A DNA stretch of 64,000 nt, taken from NCBI RefSeq assembly GCF_009914755.1, contig NC_060925.1, one strand, 5' to 3'. The position numbers and the translations under genes were made by a program. Of the stretch, positions 1 through 14,965 are shown piece by piece (the stretch's first letter is position 1; every line of letters begins with the position of its first letter). The notes beneath the pieces were generated by a model, which was not told the origin of the DNA, made no database searches, and saw only the letters and a list, made by a program, of their open reading frames with translations. This DNA is from the human T2T-CHM13v2.0 reference genome, Homo sapiens.

Positions 1-2497
1 TAAACTCCACAGAGAGTGGCCCCAGATGGGAATCTATTTTTTTCTTCCAATGTTAAAATGAAACAAAGTTATGCTAGGAGCCGCTGCATTTTCATGAAAA
101 GGTTCTGTTGTAGAGGCTGGAGGGGTCATGAGAAACCTGTGTGAGCTGGAGTTACGTGGTAACACAAACAACGAATAAGCAGAAACTATAAGGTAGATAG
201 AAGACACCTATCTCAAGATCCATATAAAGATCTATAATTGAGAGAGTGCTAATAGAGATGCATGAGAAGCAGGCATGTGCCAAGCCACTGAGACTATCTG
301 AGCAAATTCACCACTTTGCTGTTGCAGTTGCCTTCAACACGGAACCACCGCTTTCCAGGCTTGGCTGTCCAGATACCCCTGAGCTCCCCTGTGTATATAT
401 TATCACAACAACCACCACTCCTTCCTCCATATACATGCAATTACTTGAAGGAGCATGAGGTAGGTCTTCATTTCATGGCTAAAAAAGCACTTGCTTAAAA
501 CATGATGGAAACAGTTTTTCCTGAAGGGCTTTCTGGAAAACCTGGGATGCTACTGCGCTGAACACACTGTCATCCAGATAAAAGTGACTCTTCCTGGGGA
601 GCCTTGAAATCCAGAACATGGGAAGGTCATTCTGTGGATTCAGGATCACTCTGACAATACTAAAAAGGGCCTACACAGTGTTATATGCATGCAAATAAAT
701 GTCCTCGGGTGCAGGAAGGACATTTATACTAGCTCTGGTTTGTGAAAGGCAATCTTTGATTGTCTTAAACAAAGGGTTTTTTTGTGTTGTTGTTTTTTGT
801 TTTGTAAGATTCTTGGAATCTGCAACTCTAAGCAAAATGACATGTGATGACCTTGGCTATATGTTGTTGGTAAGACCTCCTTGGTAAGAATTTAATAGAA
901 TTAGCCTTTGTGCAAGGTATTCATCTGTTCGTCTGTTGCTTTGCTTATTTGTTCAACCAACCAACAATTTCCAGGCCATGCAGGGTTCTATGCTGAGAAC
1001 ACAACAGCTGATAAGCTAGACCAGGGCCCTGCTGTTGAGGCACTTATATCCCACTGGGAGACAGAAAACAAGCAGAGGCATATAAAGACAATATATCAGC
1101 TGCAAAGTTCAGGGGGAAATAAAGCAAGGGAGGGTGGATACTATCTCAGACACTGTTCAGGGAGATCACATATTATCTTGTGTTCATTATCACTTAGGCC
1201 AGCAGTATGAGCTAAAACGTGGCAAATAACATTTTTTCCAAGGGTCAGAAAGAAAGAAAGCACTGTAGATGACTGGAGTTGGTTTCTCTAAAGAAGTAAA
1301 TATGAAAATTTCCTTTCTGGGCTACAGAGGTGTGGCAGCTTTTAAGAACCTTTTCTCTAGCTTCCCTCAGAGATCACTTAAAGAAGCTAAATGAGGTATC
1401 TAGTCTTTGTCATTCCTATTAAAGATCCTTCATCACCGAAGGACCCCTGACACATCTTTCAAAAGTGATCCAGTCATAATGCCCTACAGGAGGGCAGTGC
1501 TGCCAAATGGGGAGAGCATCAGTCTAGCCACCCAGAGACCCCAGTCCTATTCCAGATTGATGCCAGATACTTATTTTTATCCTTATATGATGTGTCTGGT
1601 CCACCTGAAGTCTCAGTATCAGTCTCAAGTAGATGAGATCAGGGAGTTCAATGCTGTGCTTTGTGTGAACTTCAATACAGTGAATGCAAAACCACTTCTG
1701 GGGTTGTAATGCAGCTGATTTCATGCATGCCTGCTTCATACATGTCTGCTTAACAAGTAAGATCAAATCAAATCAAATTATTTAGTAACAGCACTGACTT
1801 CCTTGTCCTTGATAGGCTTCTCTTTGAAGCAAACAAAGTGGAAGAAATGGTGATATGATTTCTGTTGTAAACTGTCTCGTACTCTATTTGGTGAAAGTGA
1901 ACTGCTTTTTATAAAATAAATGGCTAGGGTTGGGGAGTTTCGATATAACTCTTAAAGGTAAAGGTTTTGCGTCCCTGGAATGAAACGCTCAATAAAGCTA
2001 TTACTCCCCTTGGTGGCTTTCCAGAGTCCTGTACCTTTGGGATTCACTTTCCCTTTTCTGTGTTTGCACAGTAGTCCCTGGAGGACTCTTGCTGAGGACA
2101 CTTAGTGATAAGACATTACTTGTTCAGGCTCATATTCCCTTCTGGGAGAAACACTATACCAGGCTTCCAACTCCATCTCATCCCACACACGGAGACTTCA
2201 CCATCCTGGCAACCTTACTGTGCTACCTTTGACCACAAAACAGGTAAGCACTCAGGGCCAGACATAATAAATCTTGTATGGTGAGGATATCTACGATGTC
2301 TGGCACAATCACATTGTTTGAATTTATAAATGATTAGAGCAGCAGTTTGTATTGTTCATATTAAAGTGAACTCACAGAATCATTGGAAGTTAGCAAAAAA
2401 TAAAACAAACCCCAAGTAAAGTGATAAATATTAAATTTTGGAGTGTCCAGACACCAAATGTGAGTACAGTCAAATGCAAACTCTAGTAAAGAAAATA

Positions 2498-2824
<327 letters not shown>

Positions 2825-3012
2825 AAAGAAAATACATCTAAGTTGAATTGTTCAAAACAGGCAGCCCTCTATGGCACCAAGTGAGCCGGGGGTGGTAAAA
2901 ATTGTCCAATAAGAGCAGATGTTCTCTGTCAAGAAAAATTGAGATTAAAGAGGATTTGGGCCTGATTCATCCAAACAATTACAATAGCTAGAGCACTCAT
3001 TTCTCATACTCT

Positions 3013-3330
3013 TTCTTAGTCCATTTTCTACTGCTATAACAGAATACCACAGACTGAGTAATTAAAAAAAAAGTGTATTTGGCTCACAGTTCTGGAGGCT
3101 AGAAGTCCAAGAGCATGATGCTGACATCTGTCAAGTGTCATCCTATACCAGAAGAATGGAAGGAAGAAGCAAGCTTGCAAGACTTGCAAGAGAGAGAAAA
3201 TTGGGCCAACTCACCCATTTATGGGGAACCCACTCCCATGACAATTAACCTGCTCCCATAATAATGGCATTAATTCATTCTTGAGGGGATCTGCCTAATC
3301 ACCTCTTTATGGTCTCACCTCTTAACGTGG
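3013..3330 (-). mobile_element. MaLR LTR (MLT1A/MST-like)
   Basis: tcttagtccattt...ctgctataacagaataccacagactg...ggctcacagttctggaggct motif. Confidence 0.7.
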
Positions 3331-5261
3331 TACAGATTAGGACACCAAAGCCCATTGTGTCTTGGCAACTTGTCCATAATCACACAATCAATAAACGATT
3401 CAGTGAGACCCTCCACTCTCCTCTGATAACTCCAGGTCCTTTCCAATGCCATTCTACTGCCTCTTGGTCAGCCTCAAACCACCACATTCTATATCACATT
3501 CCATATCACGCGCTTGGCTAGAATCCCAAGCCTGGTTTCAAAGACCTACCCCTCTCAACAATAATATCATCCTCAGACTGTGAAGAGTGCTATGGTTTGA
3601 ATGTTCCCTCCAAAACTCAAGTTGAAATTTGGTTGCCATTTGCACAGTCCATAGAGGGTAATAACTTTGAAGAGTCATCAGCAAGATTAAGTTTATTGGA
3701 TGTAGAAGATATTCTATTAGAGTATGAGAAGAAATAACTTATATTTCTATTTGCGTTTTTATCTTGTTCTCTTTTTTAATGCTATTTTTCTATATATGTT
3801 AATGTACATGGTAATACAGTGGTACGTAGATAATTTAAAAATTGTGTGGCCAAAATAGTGTGAAGACCACTGGTTTAGAGCATTATGAGTTGGAAAAACG
3901 TGTTCAAATTTCTACTCTGTTACTTACTTATTGCCTAACCTTAGGCAAAATCTTCAAATTTCCTGAGCCTCACTTTCAATGTATGTATTACAAGGACAAT
4001 GATAGCACATACGTCATAAGAGTGTTGCAAGGATCAAATGAGTGCTCACCATGGTGCCTGGCAAGAAGTAAGTGTGAAATAGATAATAGCTTTTATTACT
4101 CATCAACAAAATGGAGATTATCATTTCTTTCTTGCCAAATTGTTGTGAAATTTAATGACATGGTATATTTAAAAGCATATTGTAAAGTATAAGTTCCAGA
4201 CAAATGTAAGGCACTATTTCTTACAGTTTGTTGAAAAACAGTTATTTTCAGTGCTAGAGTATGAAACCATTTCAATTTAACCTTTGTTTTGTGGGACTAC
4301 CTTACATTTCTTCATACCTTAGGATTATCACAGGGACACCTGGGAAAAAATGTTCCTAGGGCTAGTACCCTGAGATTTTTCTCTATAAACAGAGAACTTG
4401 GACATTATCTGGGTTGCTGAGTGTGGGCTCTCTGAGGCCCTTCTGCTACAAATGTTAGCATTTTCCAGGTAAGACCAATATATTCTAGTATTCCCCAAAG
4501 TTCTTGTCCTTTAAAATCAGAGTAAGAACTTGAGGTGGTTTGTTCATATAAAGCAGTGCCTTAGAATAAACAAGATTTATGTATTTAATAAGATCTACGG
4601 AATACTGGAATTCAGTACCAGAGTAAGTCTAGGAAACATAACAGGCTCCCAGAGCAAGCTATTTAAATGAAAGAAAATATAACCAACTTAATTCTAACCT
4701 TCTTTGAGGATAGTAAATTATTTATAACTGAAATCATTTCTGTTTCATGTCTAGTAATATCATATTATGTTGGTTGGCAGAACAGTGAATAAAGTAAGAA
4801 CCATACATTCTGACTTTCCCTATTGAACCACCTTTAATCTCTCTCTGTTTCAATGACCCAGAGGAACAGTGAAAACATGAGATTCAAGATTCTGTGAGCT
4901 GGACAGCAGATGGAGGCACACTGACAGCAGATGGAGGACATAAAGCTGACAGTTAAGAGACATGTGAATGGGTTGATGGGGAATGATCTCTTTGTGAAGT
5001 CTGTTGTTGGCAACACATTGCGGCAGAAGAAACAGCTCAGTGATGGTCCCCACAGCTGCCATTCTCCAGTCTTGAAGTTGGTGTATGACCTCACTGTGAC
5101 CGACCCCCTATGGGCTGACAATGTGGAAAACAGTAATGGTCAAGAAATCCTCCCTGTCCTTTTGTGTTCCAGGCAGAGAGCCACCCTTCCCCATGTGACT
5201 TGGGGAAGACTCATGGATGAGCTCCTTGAGAACCTATGACGAAGCCAGACACAACCCCTCC

Positions 5262-5611
5262 TAGGGTCTGAAAGTTTGTGTCCTTCCAAATTCATATGTT
5301 GAAATCCTAACCCCCGAGGTGATGGTATCAGGAAGTGGGGCCTTGGGAGGTGGTTAGGTCATAAGATTGGAGCTCTTATGTATGGAATCAGTGATTTAAA
5401 AAGGCCCCAGAGAGCTGCCTTGCTCCTTAAGACATGTGAGGATACAGCAAGAAGGTGCTGTCCATGAGAAAGCTGGCCCTCACCAGAAACCAATCCTACA
5501 GATGCCTTGATCTTGGACTTCACAGCCTCCAGCACTGTGAGCAATGAGTTTTTGTTGTTTATAAGCCACCTAGTCTATGGTATTTTGTTATGGCAGCTTG
5601 AACAGACTAAG
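5262..5611 (+). mobile_element. MaLR LTR (MLT1A-like)
   Basis: ccaaattcatatgttgaaatcctaacccc...ttggacttcacagcctccag...gaacagactaag. Confidence 0.8.
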
Positions 5612-5889
5612 CCAACCCTCCAAATTTTCATTCTTTGGTCCTCACTGACTAATCTGAACAAACTGCTCATCAACTTAACTTGTTCAAACTTAATGAGGCT
5701 TCTCTCCCTCCCCAGGCCTTTGAACTTTGGCTGGCCCCTGAGCTTAAGCAAGCACTAAAACACAGAACATCTCTCCTCAGTGATCCTTCCCTGTTCAAAT
5801 TGTCTGTTCACACCACCTGCTCATCCCACTCCCGCACAGCCACTCCTCTCTAGTATTCTCTACTCCTTCACATAAAAAGAGAAGCCCTT

Positions 5890-6195
5890 AGCCGGGTGCA
5901 GTGGCTCATGCCTGTACTCTCAACACTTTGGGAGGCCCAGGTGGGTGGATCACCTGAGGTCAGGAGTTCAAGACCAACCTGGCTAACATGGCGAAACCCC
6001 GTTTCTACTAAAAATACAAAAAAATTTAGCCAGGCGTGGTTGTGTGTGCCTGTAAACCCAGCTAGCTGGGAGACTGAGGCAGGAGAATCACTTGAATGTG
6101 GGAGTCAGAGGTTGCAGTGAGCCAAGATTGCGCCACTGCACTCCAGCCTGGGCGACAGAGTAGGACTCTGTCTCAAAAAAAAAAAAAAAAAAAAA
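5890..6195 (+). mobile_element. Alu (AluS-like)
   Basis: Full Alu with poly(A); TSD AAAAAGAGAA(G/T)CCCTT. Confidence 0.95.
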
Positions 6196-6785
6196 GAGAA
6201 TCCCTTTCCTGCCTGAGCTTTGAGACACCTGCGGAGGCTATGGTCAGAGCATTCTCCTTAAGGCAATAGTGACCCTCTTCCTTTTGCAATAGAATTTATG
6301 AATGGACTGTCTCTTGACTTAAGTCCAGATTTGTTTCTTCACTTGACAGAGGAAAGCTACACATTTTATTCTATCTTTAGTCTTAGAATTCTAAGTATGA
6401 TTTTATTCTTGTATTCATCTATTAAACAAATACCCACATATCAATATATATCGAACTCACTCTTCGTGCTGGAGATAAAATAAGAACAAGCTTTCTCTTC
6501 CATGAACCATTACCCTATTAGGGGAGTGGGTGGGAGACAGATAAGGAGAAAATAAATGTCAAATTATATGAAGTGCTTTGGAGAAAAGTAAAGCAAAGTA
6601 CACTAGTGCCCCCTATCCACGGTGGATACATTCCAAGACCCACAGTGGATGCCCGAAACTGTGGATAGTGTTGAGCCCTATATATATATATTCTGTTTTC
6701 TCCTACACATATGTACCTGTGATAAGTTTAATATATGATAAACTTGATAAGATTTACCATACAATTACCTTTTTCTCTTTTCTTC

Positions 6786-7082
<297 letters not shown>

Positions 7083-7428
7083 ACAATTTCTTTTCTTTCC
7101 TTAAGTCGAAGACTTTCACTTTTTCACTTAATGGAAGCAACGTATGGCTTCTCTTTGGCATGTCCTGATTGTCAGCATCACTACTGTTGCATTTGGGGAC
7201 ATCATGAAGTAAAATAAGGATAACTTACCACAATCACTACAATAAGGTGAAATCAGTCTGACAACCCGGACAACGATGAAGTGACTAATGGACAGGTAAC
7301 ATAGACATCATGAACACGCTGGACAAAGGGATGATTCACATCCTGGGGGGACAAAGCAGAAAAGTGTGAGTTTCATCATGCTGCACAGAACGGCACAAAA
7401 TTTAAAACTTATGCATTGTTTATTTCTT

Positions 7429-7724
7429 CTTTCTTTGTTGTGACAGGGTCTTGCTCTGTTGCCCAGGCTGGAGTACACTGGCATAATCTCGGCTCACTGC
7501 AGCGTCAACCTTCCAGGCTCAAGCAATCCTCCCACCTCAGACCTGGCCCAAGTAGGTGGGACTACAGGTGCATGCCACCACACAAGGCTAATTTTTGTAT
7601 TTTTTGTAGAGACAGGGTTTTGCCATGTTGCCCAAGCTGGTCTCGAAATCATGAGCTCAAGCAATCTACCTGCCTTGGCCTCCCAAAGTACTGGGATTAC
7701 AGGTGTGAGCCACTGCGCCTGGCC
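7429..7724 (-). mobile_element. Alu (AluJ-like) nested in MER44
   Basis: Diverged reverse Alu; degenerate TSD att(g/a)tttatttct. Confidence 0.9.
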
Positions 7725-7916
7725 TGAATTATTTATTTCTAAAATTTTTCATTTACTATTTTCAGACCACAGTTGACTGCAGGTAACTGAAATTATGGAA
7801 ACCAAAACCCTTAGTGGATAAGGGGGCACCACTGTAAGAAGAGGTATCTGGGCTTGGGGATGAGTTGGTATTGTAAATATGGTAATCAGATAAGATTTCG
7901 TGAACACCATAGACCT

Positions 7917-8342
7917 TGTATTAGTCTGTTCTTGCACTGCTATAAAGAAATACCTGAGACTGGGCAATTTATAAAGAAAAGAGGTTTAATTGGCTCACAG
8001 TTCTGCAGGCTGTACAGGAAGCATGGTGGCTTTTGCTTCTGGGGAGGCCTCAGGAAACTTACAATCATGGTGGAAAGCAAAGGGGAAGCAGGCACATCTT
8101 ACATGGCCAGAGCAGAAGGAAGAGAGAGAGGGAGGGAGAAGTGCTACACACTTTTAAACAACCAGCTTTCACAGGAATTCACTCACTATCATAGGAACAG
8201 CACCAAGGGGGAAGGTGTTAAACCATTCAGGAGAAACTGCCCCCATGATTGGATAATCATCTTCCACCAGGCCCTACCTCCAACGTTGGAGATTACAATT
8301 CGACATGAGATTTGGGCAGGGACACAGATCCAAAACATATCA
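7917..8342 (-). mobile_element. MSTA/MSTB solo LTR (MaLR)
   Basis: TG...CA termini; 5-bp TSD GACCT at 7912-7916 and 8343-8347. Confidence 0.88.
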
Positions 8343-9139
8343 GACCTAAAAGCAGTCATGGAGACCACTAACAAGCGCAAAGCCCCTGAGATGTGCGTTC
8401 AGGGTGTTCACAAAAGAGCAAAGAGGCCGATGTGGCTGGAAGATAGTAAGCACGGGATATGAGATAAAATCAGAGAGGCAGTGTGTTCTAGGTCACGCAG
8501 GGCTTGTGGGCTATCGTAAAGACTTCAGCTTTTACTCTGAATGAGATGGAAAACTAACAAGCGTTTTAAGTAGTAGTGCTATGATCTGAATAACATTTTA
8601 AAAGATCTACTCTTGATTCTCTGTGGAGAATAGGCTAGGGAAAGACCAAGGACAGAAGCACAGAGTCCATTTGGGAATCTACGGCAACAATATGTGCAAG
8701 GGAAGATGGTGACCAGGACCAAGATGGTGACCAGGACCGTGTGGAAGGGCAGGGTGTGGAGGTCAGAATCAGGACTTGAGTTTGGAGCACATTATGCTTT
8801 TCATGTTTATTACACATCAAAGTGGAGATTTCTAGTTGGAAATTAGAGAGGTGAGAGAGAGAGAGAAGTTGTGACTTTGGGAGGGAGATCTTTACAGATT
8901 TTTGATGTTAATATCTCTGAAAGGACTCTTTCTAATTATTTACACAATTAAGACAATTAACTAAGTCAAACGATTATTTCATTAATGATTGACTATTGTT
9001 AAGCCAAATATTATTAACTTTGTCTACTTGATCTGTTTTGCCTGATATGCTGACTATGCTTTTGCCTCAAGCTTTTGCGCTTTGTTCCCTCTGTCTACCA
9101 GAGTTACTCAAAGTGCAACCAGATGAAAAGCAAGAGCCA

Positions 9140-9550
<411 letters not shown>

Positions 9551-12500
9551 TCATGATGGAGCTGGTTTGCGTTCTGAGGAAATTGCAACCTCCTCACCAC
9601 TAACTGGAACAAACATACCACAGACCATACTTTGAGAAGTAAAATTCTAGAGCATCGCTGAAGCAACCCCAAGTAACTACACGGCTCTTCTTCATTCCAT
9701 TCAGGTCCCTGAACAAATGTCATGTCCTCAGAGAAGCATACACTTCTGAAACAGCTGGCTTCAGTCCCTCTCTCTTTTAGTTTTCTTTGTAGCATGTATC
9801 ATTATTTAACTTTATATTATGTAATTATTTGTTTAATATCTCTCCATTAAAGCAAGCTCAATTAGAGTTGCAACTTGCTCTGTTTCATTCAGTTATATCC
9901 CCAGCACCTAGAAAATTGCCTGGCACATAGGAGGTATGTAATAATGAAAATGAATGAATAGTACTAAAAAGGATGAATATAGGTATACTAATATCAAAGT
10001 CCCTGCTGTTTAAAATGTTGTGTTCATCTAATAAATCTGTGACCTTCTTTAACAGCTCATTTTCCTTATTTTAGGTTTATTTCTTATAAGCAATATAGTA
10101 TGGGATTTGGGGCTATTTGGTTTTGTTTTTAACCAATTTGAAAATTTTTCTGTAGTCATGGAATGTAATCCATTTACACTGTCAAAATGATATGTTTAAG
10201 TTAGGCCAGTTATCATACATTTTGCCTCCTTTCTCTTTGAAAACAATGTCTATGCTCTTGTCTTTTTCACATACTGCTATATAGACTGTGATTTGGAAAC
10301 TGTTTCTGCCTCAGAGGTTCTATAGTTTTTTTTTTTCCTAATTCTTACATCAGAGATGGAAGACTAACTTGGTTTCTCTCCCTATTATCTATAATTAATA
10401 AATTCATAGTTTTTAGTTTGCCTATGTTCTAACCACCTTTTGTTTTTCAATATTTGTGTTTTTCATCTCCATGTAATCCTTCCTGTCCTAAACACATCTT
10501 CACTCCACCAATACTTATTGTAAAACCATACATGCAATGAGTTCATCATTTTGTTAGGAGTCAGAATTTCTTTTCTCAATCAGGCAGACACTCTTCTTCA
10601 GAAGAAGGCAGTGGATATAATTATTTTTCAGTGATCCATTTTATGTGAACTGCATATTTTCATAGATCCTACAATATTTCAGTTTAACTCATCTCATGGT
10701 GAAATTTTGAGTCAAACAGGAATTAGGATGAATTATTTCAGTCCCAGTCCAAACTATTTACTGGACAGTCTACAGACTCAAACCATTTTCATTATCTAAT
10801 AGCCTGCGGCATGGAATAGAGAACATTAATGATAGATTCTCCTTTAGTGCACATTTGTCTATGCCACCAATATTCTCAGGTCACTAGAGAGAAGTCCCTG
10901 CCATTTTTCTCCTCGTAGTCTCCTGAGTTTTAAGGAGCAAATTTGAACTATATCTGCTCTCTACTTCCTAGGCCCCATAAAACAGCAGTAAATGAGGGAC
11001 CTATGGGCTTACTAGTGGAGTCCAAATATTGTTGGTGGGAAATGTTAAGAGGGAGCTTAAAGCCTCAGGGCCCAATTCTGCCTCCAGTTCTTGAACTTTC
11101 TAACTTGTCAGGGAACTCTTCAAGGCTTTCTTCTCATTGACTTCCTTAACATTCTGATCTCTGAAAAGCAGACAATCAGGTTAGCTTTCCTCCAAACCAA
11201 AATGTATAGTGCATGGATGATATTCATCTCTAGTTTTCAGCTGTTTTAAAAATATATTTGCATATTTTACTGGTCATTTAAGGGAAAATTTGAGAGGAGA
11301 AACAAGAATATTTTTTCCCTCATGCCACCACCTTGCTGAAAAGTAATTTCTATGTATTTTACTCAGTGCAAGCATGCTAGAAAAAAAACTTGGAGAAGCA
11401 ATTCTGGTAGTCAGTTTACTAGTTGATGCTTAACCTATTTATTGCATGCTGTTATCAAATTGATTTGGGTTGTTGTGAATGCACAAATATCATGACATGC
11501 TTATTGAAATCTCTGTAATTATCTGATTCTAAGGGAGTAATTCTGGATATGGACCAGATGATGGGAAAGAAAGAATGAAAATTAGAGAGAAGTGAGTGAT
11601 CATATTTTATCTGTTTAAACTGTCAAGGGCTAGGAGTGTGGGAGATCTGAAAGTAGAAATAATAAATAAATAGCTTTCCTCAATATCTATTGTCCTCCAA
11701 AAACCAAGATAGTCATAAGCATGAGATTTATAAAAATAATAATAATAAGCTGAAGAAGAAGGCAAATCTGTGTATCTATCCTCAAGTTCCGATAAGAAAG
11801 CAAATGGCAGGCTTTCATGTCTTTGGTATTTTAAATCACGTATTAATTTTTGTGTCACACCATACGTGGGCAATTCAGCAAAGCAAAAATGGTATAATTT
11901 AAATTGTCCTAAATTTCCTCTTTTGATGCCTATTCATTATGTTACTCATCTTCATTTCTGGCCAGAACTGTGGGGAGACAGCATCTCAGCAAAGTAAACA
12001 ACAGTTCTGTGTCACAGAGACAGCTGTTAGGTTTCAGTGATGGGTGAACTGATTGATTTGTAGAGATAACTCTGGCCACTTAATGAACAGATTTAGGCAA
12101 AATTAAAGACTAAACTAATGACCTTGTGGAGTTCATCTGAAAGAACAATCGTTCATTACCATAACAAAATACATGATTATCATTAACAAATAATATAGTT
12201 ACGTTATTAACAACATGCTCATACAGGCAAGAAGCAAAGATTAGCAGCCCTTCTGGGTCTATTAATTTGCTCACGAATCACAACTATTGGAAACATAAAA
12301 CCCAGGCTTTCAAAATCAGCCCTAAATGTGGCTCACTGGCTTATGACATTAGCTACTGTGTTGTGTTTGGAGTGTAATTCACAAGCTTACATGGAGTATT
12401 CAGAAGGATAGAGTCTACAGTGGCTTTGCGTGGTGAAGGTAGTTTGTGGCTTACAGACCTGTATGCAGAGACTGGAGCCTTGGGGAGATGCCCATAGAAC

Positions 12501-13351
12501 AAAAGCCAGTGGGCACTGCTGCTGGAATAGGCGCACAGAAGGTGTTGAGGAGGCACGGGGGTGAGCAGGCAGATGGAGGGTTGGAGGGTGTCTTGGAGAT
12601 TTAGCTAATTTTCCCATATTCCTAAGTATAATTCAGAGGCAAATCAAATCTGAAGCATTTTACTTTCAAAAACTAAAAAGTCTTTGGTTTCTATTCATAT
12701 GAAAGTCCGAGGTGGTGCCAAATATATAAAATGTGCGATTGCAGAGCCCAAGTCCTGCAATTCTGCTGCTATTTCCTCACTAAGCTTGGCTGGGACATTT
12801 CTTGCTCACAACAATCACTAAGCTGCATTTTCTATTTGGAAACAGCCCAGGTGCTTCACAGAGAGAGAAGAGCAATTCAATTTCATTTGTATTACCCCAG
12901 TACCTTCCCTGCCCTATTCTACCAAGGTGGCCTAGATTCAAATGTTGAGTTAGTGAGAACCTAAGGGATTTTTTAACTTCTACCATTTTACAGATAATGA
13001 AACTTGGAATCAGAACAGTTAATGGCCATGGCCAGGGTCAATACCCAGTTAATGAGAGAGCCAAGACTAGGAGCCTGCTCTCCCAGATCTTTGAACAGCT
13101 CTCTTTAAGTTGGAAGAGAAAGCTCGCTTCTAAGAGACTACAAGAAGCAGACATATTTTATTGAATTCCAGGATGTCATATATTTTATGTACCACTAAGA
13201 AAAAAAAGTTGCCAATTATAAAATGCCATTGATTGTAAAATGCATACGATTGTAGACATGCTAAATAATATATTTTTAATTGTAAATGTATATACTTTTA
13301 ATCTTAAAAAATATATTTTTAAATCTTAGAATTGAGAAGATGTGGTAATAA

Positions 13352-13762
<411 letters not shown>

Positions 13763-13924
13763 TAGCTTTGATCACCTCCTTTAATTAGTTGCTTATTCTA
13801 TAGTAAGTCTTCTATATTAAGCTTAGTCTATAGTTAATGATTCTATAGTATTTACTTTGTGAAAATCCATTAATATAATCCATCTATATTCCATGAATTT
13901 ATCTATATTTTTAATTAAAATATT

Positions 13925-14965
13925 AAACTGCTCTATTTTTAGAGCAATTTTAATTTTACAGAAAAAATAAGCAGAAAGTACAGAGTTTCCATATACCCCT
14001 CTCTCCCATGCCCATTGTTTGCCCTAATTAACATGGTGCATTAGTGTGGTATATTTGTTACAATTGATGAGCTAATGTTGATATATTATCATTAAAGTCC
14101 ATAGTTTACATTACAGTTCACTCTTGGTGCTATACATTCTATGGGTTTTTAAAGATGTCCTGTATCCACCACTACAGTGTCATATACAGTAGTCTCACTC
14201 CATAAAAATACACTTGTGCTCAGCCTATTTGTCCCTTCCTCCCCACAAATCCTGGGAAACCACTGATCCTTTTACTGTCTTCATAGTTCAGCCTTTTCCA
14301 GAATGACATATAGTTGGATTCATATAGTATGTGGTATTTTCAGACTGGCTTCTTTTACTTAGCAATGTGCACTTAAGATTGTCCCGCCTCTTTGCATCCC
14401 TTGATAGCTCATTTCTTTTTGTCATTAAATAATATTCCATTGCATAGATGTACCAGAGTTTGTGTATCCTATTGAAGGACATCTTGGTTGTTTCCAATTT
14501 TTGGAAATTAGGAATAAAGCTGCTGTGTACATTTGTGTGCAGACTTTTGTGTAGACATAAGTTTTCAATTGATTTGGATAAACATGAAAGAGTGCAATTA
14601 GTGGACCACGTGGAAATAGTTATGTTTAGCTTTGTAAGAAACTGGCAAACTGTCTTCCAAAGTGGCTGTGCCATTCTGCATTTCCACCAGCAATGAATCA
14701 GAGTTCCTGTTGCTCCACATCCTTACCAGCATCTGTTGTGTCAATGTTTTGTATTTCCACCATTCTAATAGGTATGCAGTGGTATCTCATTGTTGTTTCA
14801 GTTTGTGATTCCCTAATGATGGTACTATATGATGTTGAGCATCTTTTCATAACTTTCCATCCGTGTATCTTCTTTGTTGAGGTGTCTGTCCAGGCCTTTG
14901 CCCACTTTTTAGTTGGGTTGTTTGTTTTCTTATGGTTGAATGTTTACAGTTCTATATATTTTTAA
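13925..14965 (-). mobile_element. Old L1 (L1MC-like) 3' UTR and ORF2 C-terminus
   Basis: Minus-strand peptide QPLWKTVCQFLTKLNI...KLWYIYAMEYY is typical of the L1 ORF2 end. Confidence 0.85.

Noticed and set aside
240-1720. Possible ERV-internal or processed-pseudogene fragments behind several short ORFs
   Set aside because: I could not match any peptide to a known family; part of the block resembles L2. Needs BLAST/Dfam.
7854-8462. 202-aa ORF
   Set aside because: Lies mostly within an MST solo LTR with a clear TSD; a typical spurious MaLR frame.
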